Below are positions 53,395 to 58,467 of a stretch of 58,467 nt of DNA, piece after piece. The notes under the pieces are model-generated. The model worked only from the letters and a program-made list of their open reading frames with translations, had not been told where the DNA came from and did not search any database. The stretch's first letter is position 1. Each line of letters opens with the position of its first letter. Origin of the DNA: an uncultured Alphaproteobacteria bacterium (GTDB lineage Bacteria > Pseudomonadota > Alphaproteobacteria > CAAHEQ01 > UBA3637). A program made the translations under genes and the position numbers. The stretch covers positions 1 through 58,467 of the forward strand of contig CASDQF010000022.1 in the NCBI GenBank assembly GCA_949282845.1, in the 5' to 3' direction.

Positions 53395-54459
53395 TTAAGC
53401 CCTTTTCTTTAAATGAGTTTTTTGGACACGGACCCGTTTTTTTTGTCTATCGACTAAGCGCACGGATGTGACAACTGTTTGTGTCTCATGAACGCGTCCT
53501 TCCGACTTATGAGTATCCTGACTTTCTGAAGATTTCTTTGAAGGGGGAAGTTCTTTTTTAGCTGGTCTTTTTGAAACATCCGCTGTATATGTTGTCTGTT
53601 TCCTAGAGAACTCCTCTTTGGCAAATTGTTTTATTTTTTCTGCTCTTTCCATTGCAATTTTCTGCATTAAAATTTCCTGTGTTTTTTCATTCATATCAAC
53701 GATACGTTGTTGTTGGCGCTTTTGTTTTTCAAACAAAGCCATATTTTGCAAATGTCTTTTATCAACACGGACGCCTGATAAATTCACACCATCTAAAGCA
53801 ATAGCCGATAAATCGACCTCACTTGTATCTACATTTGTTAAATCAATCGTTCTCAAATCTAAATAATTCAACTGATCTTGCGGAATAGAGCGAATATCGA
53901 TTTTTCCTGATTCCAATTGTTCTATAAACCATTCTAATGAATGTAAGTAAGCCAAACTTTCTTTATCAATTTCAGCATCATCAATGGAACAATTTTTAAA
54001 AAAGACACCTTTAAATTGGACACCGCTCAAATCAGCTCCGCTGAAATCTGTTCCTTCCATATAAGCATATGACAAATCTGCATTTTTAAGATTAGCGTTT
54101 ACAAGTTTTGTTCCTGTTAAATTTGCTTTTGAAAGCTTTAAACCTGATAAATCTTTTCCGGACAAATCTGCACCTTTTAAGTTAATACCGGTCCAATCTG
54201 TCTTAGAAACATCCTCTCCTCTTTCTAAAGCCGCCATAAAGGCCTTAGCCATATCGTCTGTCTTCCAGCTATTTTTTTCCGAAGGTAAAATATCCGCTTC
54301 ACGATCTATGTAAGGCAGAAAATTATACTTATCTGCCTCGCTCAACGGGACAGCGTCAACTTTCTTAGCCGGTCTTATCAGTTCTGTTTCTTCCATGCGG
54401 AAGATTATATCAGAAAAAGGTAAAAAAACAAACACCTTTTTAATTGATTTTTTCCGCAT
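53395..54459 (-). CDS. Pentapeptide-repeat protein with coiled-coil and a basic C-terminal tail
   Basis: NLKGADLSGKDLSGLKLSKANLTGTKLVNANLKNADLSYAYMEGTDFSGADLSGVQF, plus a second block LDLRTIDLTNVDTSEVDLSAIALDGVNLSGVRV. The start is ambiguous (54459 or the ATG at 54396), and neither has a clear RBS. Confidence 0.75.
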   Translation of the reverse strand: MRKKSIKKVFVFLPFSDIIFRMEETELIRPAKKVDAVPLSEADKYNFLPYIDREADILPSEKNSWKTDDMAKAFMAALERGEDVSKTDWTGINLKGADLSGKDLSGLKLSKANLTGTKLVNANLKNADLSYAYMEGTDFSGADLSGVQFKGVFFKNCSIDDAEIDKESLAYLHSLEWFIEQLESGKIDIRSIPQDQLNYLDLRTIDLTNVDTSEVDLSAIALDGVNLSGVRVDKRHLQNMALFEKQKRQQQRIVDMNEKTQEILMQKIAMERAEKIKQFAKEEFSRKQTTYTADVSKRPAKKELPPSKKSSESQDTHKSEGRVHETQTVVTSVRLVDRQKKRVRVQKTHLKKRA

Positions 54460-54491
54460 TCAAGCGTATATTATGAGCAAAGGAAAAAATC

Positions 54492-57272
54492 ATGAATTCA
54501 GCTATTAAAATCCGAGGGGCGCGTGAGCATAACCTCCAAAATGTGGATATTGATATTCCACGCGATCAACTTGTTGTTATCACAGGATTATCTGGCTCCG
54601 GAAAATCCTCCTTAGCCTTTGATACCATTTATGCCGAAGGGCAACGTCGGTATGTGGAAAGCTTATCCGCCTATGCTCGACAATTCTTGGATTTAATGAA
54701 AAAACCGGATGTTGATTTAATAGAAGGTTTATCTCCTGCCATTTCTATTGAACAAAAAACAACATCTCATAATCCTCGTTCCACCGTTGGAACCGTAACG
54801 GAAATTTATGACTATATGCGATTATTGTGGGCTCGAATTGGTGTTCCTTATTCGCCTGCGACAGGTTTACCCATTGAAAGTCAAACGGTTTCTCAAATGG
54901 TTGATCGCATTATGGCTATGCCGGAAGGCAGTAAAATTTATTTATTAGCTCCCGTTGTGCGTGGTCGTAAAGGTGAATATCGTAAAGAATTTAAAGACTG
55001 GCAAAAAAAAGGTTTTAGTCGTGTAAAAGTCGACGGAACTCTTTATAACATTGAGGAAGTACCAGAACTCAATAAAAACAATAAGCACAACATCGAAATT
55101 TTAGTTGACCGTTTAATTGTTAAACCCGGCATTGAAACACGCGTAGCTGCTTCTGTCGAATCTGCTTTGGCTTTATCCGACGGCCTTGTTTATGTAGAAG
55201 ATTTAACTTCCGGAGAAATTAAAACTTTATCCGCTAAATTCGCCTGCCCTGTTTCCGGTTTCACCATCGAAGAAATTGAGCCTCGTATTTTCTCTTTTAA
55301 TAACCCTCATGGAGCTTGTCCTGTTTGCGATGGACTGGGAGTTCGTTTATACATTGATCCTGATTTAGTCGTTCCTGATAAAACAAAACCTCTTAATAAA
55401 GGGGCTATTGCTCCTTGGACATCTTCCAGCGGGGAAATGTATCAGTGGTATGAATATGCATTAAACGGATTAGTTCGACATTTTGGGATAGATGTTCGTA
55501 AACCTTGGCAAGATTTATCTGAAGAAATTCAACACGCGATTTTATATGGTTCTCCGAAAGCCCGTGGTTATGAAGGAGTCATTCCTAATATGGAACGCCG
55601 TTATTTGGAAACAGATTCCGAATGGATGCGAGAAGAAATATCAAAATATCAAAATAATGCGCCCTGTGAAGCTTGTCATGGAGAACGATTAAAACCAGAA
55701 GCATTAGCTATTAAAATAGCTGGAAAAAACATTTCAGAAGCGACACATCAATCCATAGAATCTGCTTTGATGTGGTTTTCTGACTTACATCAAAAATTAT
55801 CAGAAAAAGATAATGAAATTGCAGCACGAATTTTAAAAGAAATCAATGAACGACTTACTTTTCTAAACAATGTTGGTTTAGGCTATCTTTCTCTAGATCG
55901 GATGTCTGGCACATTATCCGGCGGAGAAAGTCAACGCATTCGATTAGCTTCTCAAATCGGATCTGGACTAACAGGTGTTTTATATGTTCTTGACGAACCT
56001 TCTATCGGTCTTCATCAAAGAGACAATGATCGCTTACTATCAACTCTTCAACATTTAAAAAGCCTTGGAAATACGGTTATTGTTGTTGAACATGATGAAG
56101 ACGCTATCCGTATGGCAGATTATGTCGTAGACATGGGACCCGGCGCCGGTTCTAACGGAGGACATGTTGTTGCCAAAGGAACGCCTAATGAAATTATTGC
56201 GAACGAAAATAGCATTACGGGACAATATTTGTCCGGGAAAAAGCAAATTAAAGTCCCTAAAACACGTCGCAAGGGAAACGGACAAAAAATCTCTATCAAA
56301 GGAGCTCGTTCTCATAATCTCAAAAATATCGATGTCGATATTCCTTTAGGAACTTTCACTTGTGTGACAGGCGTATCAGGTGGAGGAAAATCCTCTTTAG
56401 TTATTGAAACTCTTTACAAAGGGATTGCGAAAATTTTAAATCATGCCAAAGACAATCCCGGACCTCATGATCGCATCACGGGAATTGGTAATATTGATAA
56501 AATTATTGACATTGATCAGAGTCCTATCGGACGAACGCCTCGTTCTAATCCTGCAACTTATACAGGAATGTTTACACCTATTCGAGAGTGGTTTGCCGGT
56601 TTACCGGAAGCACAAGCTCGTGGCTATAAAGCCGGTCGTTTTTCCTTTAATGTAAAAGGAGGAAGATGTGAAGCTTGTCAAGGAGACGGCGTGTTAAAAA
56701 TTGAAATGCATTTCTTACCGGATGTATATGTCGCTTGCGATCAATGTAAAGGAAAACGTTATAATCGAGAAACATTGGAAATTCTCTATAAAGGAAAATC
56801 AATCGCGGATGTCTTAGAAATGACGGTTGATGATGCTTATGATTTTTTCCAAAACATTCCCGCTATTCGAGACAAATGTGAATTACTCAAAAAAGTCGGA
56901 CTGGGATACATTCAGCTAGGCCAATCAGCAACAACTTTATCCGGTGGTGAAGCTCAACGTATCAAATTAGCAAAAGAGTTATCTAAACGTGCAACTGGTA
57001 AAACTCTTTATATCTTAGATGAACCAACAACCGGATTACATTTTGCAGATATTCAAAAATTGCTTGATGTTTTGGAAGCACTGGCAGAACAAGGAAATAC
57101 TGTTGTTGTGATTGAACATAATTTAGACGTTATTAAAACAGCAGACTATCTTATAGACCTAGGCCCGGATGGTGGAGACAAAGGCGGACATATTGTTGTC
57201 ACAGGAACCCCCGAAGAAGTGGCTCAATGTGAAAAAAGTTATACAGGACAATATTTAAAACGCATGCTATAA
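54492..57272 (+). CDS. uvrA: Excinuclease ABC subunit A
   Basis: [50 protein letters not shown]..., with two ABC modules and zinc-finger Cys clusters. Confidence 0.97.
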   Translation: MNSAIKIRGAREHNLQNVDIDIPRDQLVVITGLSGSGKSSLAFDTIYAEGQRRYVESLSAYARQFLDLMKKPDVDLIEGLSPAISIEQKTTSHNPRSTVGTVTEIYDYMRLLWARIGVPYSPATGLPIESQTVSQMVDRIMAMPEGSKIYLLAPVVRGRKGEYRKEFKDWQKKGFSRVKVDGTLYNIEEVPELNKNNKHNIEILVDRLIVKPGIETRVAASVESALALSDGLVYVEDLTSGEIKTLSAKFACPVSGFTIEEIEPRIFSFNNPHGACPVCDGLGVRLYIDPDLVVPDKTKPLNKGAIAPWTSSSGEMYQWYEYALNGLVRHFGIDVRKPWQDLSEEIQHAILYGSPKARGYEGVIPNMERRYLETDSEWMREEISKYQNNAPCEACHGERLKPEALAIKIAGKNISEATHQSIESALMWFSDLHQKLSEKDNEIAARILKEINERLTFLNNVGLGYLSLDRMSGTLSGGESQRIRLASQIGSGLTGVLYVLDEPSIGLHQRDNDRLLSTLQHLKSLGNTVIVVEHDEDAIRMADYVVDMGPGAGSNGGHVVAKGTPNEIIANENSITGQYLSGKKQIKVPKTRRKGNGQKISIKGARSHNLKNIDVDIPLGTFTCVTGVSGGGKSSLVIETLYKGIAKILNHAKDNPGPHDRITGIGNIDKIIDIDQSPIGRTPRSNPATYTGMFTPIREWFAGLPEAQARGYKAGRFSFNVKGGRCEACQGDGVLKIEMHFLPDVYVACDQCKGKRYNRETLEILYKGKSIADVLEMTVDDAYDFFQNIPAIRDKCELLKKVGLGYIQLGQSATTLSGGEAQRIKLAKELSKRATGKTLYILDEPTTGLHFADIQKLLDVLEALAEQGNTVVVIEHNLDVIKTADYLIDLGPDGGDKGGHIVVTGTPEEVAQCEKSYTGQYLKRML

Positions 57273-57366
57273 AGATGATTTACTGATTTTTGGGAACAAT
57301 ATTTTCTTTTTGCATTTTAAAAAAAGATGTTTTATGCTGAACCATTATTTATTAAAGGAGAAAAAA

Positions 57367-57822
57367 ATGCTACGTGAACAAATTAAATCTGAACTCATTA
57401 CTGCTATGAAAGCAAAAGATGAAACTAAAACTTCTGTTTTAAGAATGATTGGAGCAGCGCTTAAAGACAAAGATATCGCGGCTCGTCCTTCAGGAAAAAC
57501 TGACGGTATTTCTGAAGAAGAAATCTTATCTATGTTGCAAGGAATGATTAAGCAACGTCGCGAAAGCATTGAAATGTATAAACAAGGTAATCGAGATGAT
57601 CTCGTTCAAAAAGAACAAGCGGAAATTGATGTCATCTCATCTTTCTTACCTAAACAAATGGATGATTCAGAAATGCAAGCTGCTATTCAAGCAGTCATTA
57701 CAGAAACGGGTGCGTCTTCGATGAAAGATATGGGTAAAGTGATGGGAGCTTTAAAAAGCAAATATGCCGGTCAAATGGATTTTGGAAAAGCATCAGGAAT
57801 GATTAAAGGATTACTGGCTTAA
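57367..57822 (+). CDS. GatB/YqeY domain protein
   Basis: Trimmed to MLREQIKSELITAMKAKDE (RBS AAGGAGA). Typical YqeY sequence, and adjacency to dnaG is common. Confidence 0.85.
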   Translation: MLREQIKSELITAMKAKDETKTSVLRMIGAALKDKDIAARPSGKTDGISEEEILSMLQGMIKQRRESIEMYKQGNRDDLVQKEQAEIDVISSFLPKQMDDSEMQAAIQAVITETGASSMKDMGKVMGALKSKYAGQMDFGKASGMIKGLLA

Positions 57823-58467
57823 ATGGCTTTTCCTCCTCGCTTTTTGGATGATTTACGAACAAAAGTTTCTTTAACGACTCTTATAGGTCGAAAAGTAAAG
57901 TTACAACACAAAGGGCATGAGTATATAGGATTATGCCCTTTTCATCGAGAAAAAACACCCTCATTTACTGTATCTGAAGAAAAAGGATTCTACCATTGTT
58001 TCGGTTGTGGCGCACATGGAGATGCTATTACTTTTTTAATGAACTTAGAAAAAATGAGTTTTTTAGACGCTGTGGAATATTTGGCTAACTCCGTTGGTAT
58101 GGAAGTTCCTCAAACAACGCCTGAACAAATAGCTCATGCGCAAAAACAAACGTCGATGTATGGCATTATGGAAAAAGCCTGTCAATTTTACGAAGCACAA
58201 CTTCTTGGTTCGGCAGGTAAAGAAGCTTTACAATATTTACATTCTCGCGGACTGGATATAACAGACATTAAACGCTTTCGACTGGGGTATGCACCGGGAG
58301 GAAATGTCTTACGTTCTTATCTATTACGTGAAGGATGTGATGAAAAAGATTTAATTGAACTCGGACTCGTCTGCAAAAAACAAGATCACTTTGGCGATAA
58401 CTTTGACTACTTTCGTGATCGCGTCTTATTTACAATTATGGATAGAAGAGGACATCCTATTGGCTTC
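57823..58467 (+). CDS. dnaG: DNA primase (N-terminal part; runs off the window)
   Basis: Not in the ORF track (open-ended). MAFPPRFLDDLRTKVSLTTLIGRKVKLQHKGHEYIGLCPFHREKTPSFTVSEEKGFYHCFGCGAHGD is the CHC2 zinc finger. The ATG overlaps the preceding stop (TAAATG). Confidence 0.93.
   Translation, partial: MAFPPRFLDDLRTKVSLTTLIGRKVKLQHKGHEYIGLCPFHREKTPSFTVSEEKGFYHCFGCGAHGDAITFLMNLEKMSFLDAVEYLANSVGMEVPQTTPEQIAHAQKQTSMYGIMEKACQFYEAQLLGSAGKEALQYLHSRGLDITDIKRFRLGYAPGGNVLRSYLLREGCDEKDLIELGLVCKKQDHFGDNFDYFRDRVLFTIMDRRGHPIGF

Noticed and set aside
54397-54491. Looked for an alphaproteobacterial SOS box (GTTC-N7-GTTC / GAAC-N7-GAAC) upstream of uvrA
   Set aside because: No such direct repeat is visible in the short intergenic region.
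1-58467. CRISPR arrays, rRNA genes, IS elements, transposases and integrases
   Set aside because: No regularly spaced direct repeats, no rRNA-like GC-rich conserved stretches and no transposase- or integrase-like ORFs were seen. All non-coding gaps are under 300 nt.

Overview
Visibly AT-rich bacterial chromosome segment using the standard genetic code (TAA, TAG and TGA all end recognisable genes). The housekeeping backbone looks alphaproteobacterial by gene order, judged from memory: rnpA-rpmH, DUF177/bamE, argS-SPOR-nagZ-...-tatA-tatB-tatC, rnd-kdsD-lptC/A-lptB, uvrA, yqeY-dnaG, rpsD, msrAB, glyQS, tRNA-Pro(GGG) and tRNA-Leu(CAG). The missing rpoN and scpAB modules and one nonsense-interrupted transporter fit a reduced, possibly host-associated genome. 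Five accessory blocks sit in this backbone. (1) A surface-glycan locus of about 12 kb (8.4-20.4 kb) has GT2/GT4 transferases, a small nucleotidyltransferase, gmd-fcl, a Glf-like mutase, a C-terminally truncated Ugd-like dehydrogenase, and two tail-to-tail paralogous proteins built from three copies of one unrecognised ~300-aa module joined by Lys-rich LGIPxF mini-repeats. (2) An orphan phage tail-fibre gene plus a small downstream gene (20.5-22.0 kb) abut that locus. (3) A mixed block on the 3' side of tRNA-Pro (24.7-31.2 kb) holds GNATs, a P-loop protein, a CoaE-CoaD-HD triple fusion, a DUF4186/HD-487aa operon and an MccF-like peptidase. (4) A polyprenyl-phosphate sugar module pairs a GT2-GtrA fusion with a GT39-like transferase (33.3-36.3 kb). 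(5) A 4.3 kb insert between tRNA-Leu and uvrA (50.4-54.5 kb) encodes a secreted protein with 11 Cys-Cys doublets and an orphan VirD4/TraG-type coupling ATPase. That ATPase is translationally coupled to a pentapeptide-repeat protein with a basic C-terminal tail. I saw no rRNA, CRISPR array, transposase or integrase. My best candidates for something undescribed are block 5, the triple-module glycan proteins with the adjacent tail fibre, and the CoaE-CoaD-HD / DUF4186-HD genes. All family calls come from motif recognition by eye, with no searches run.
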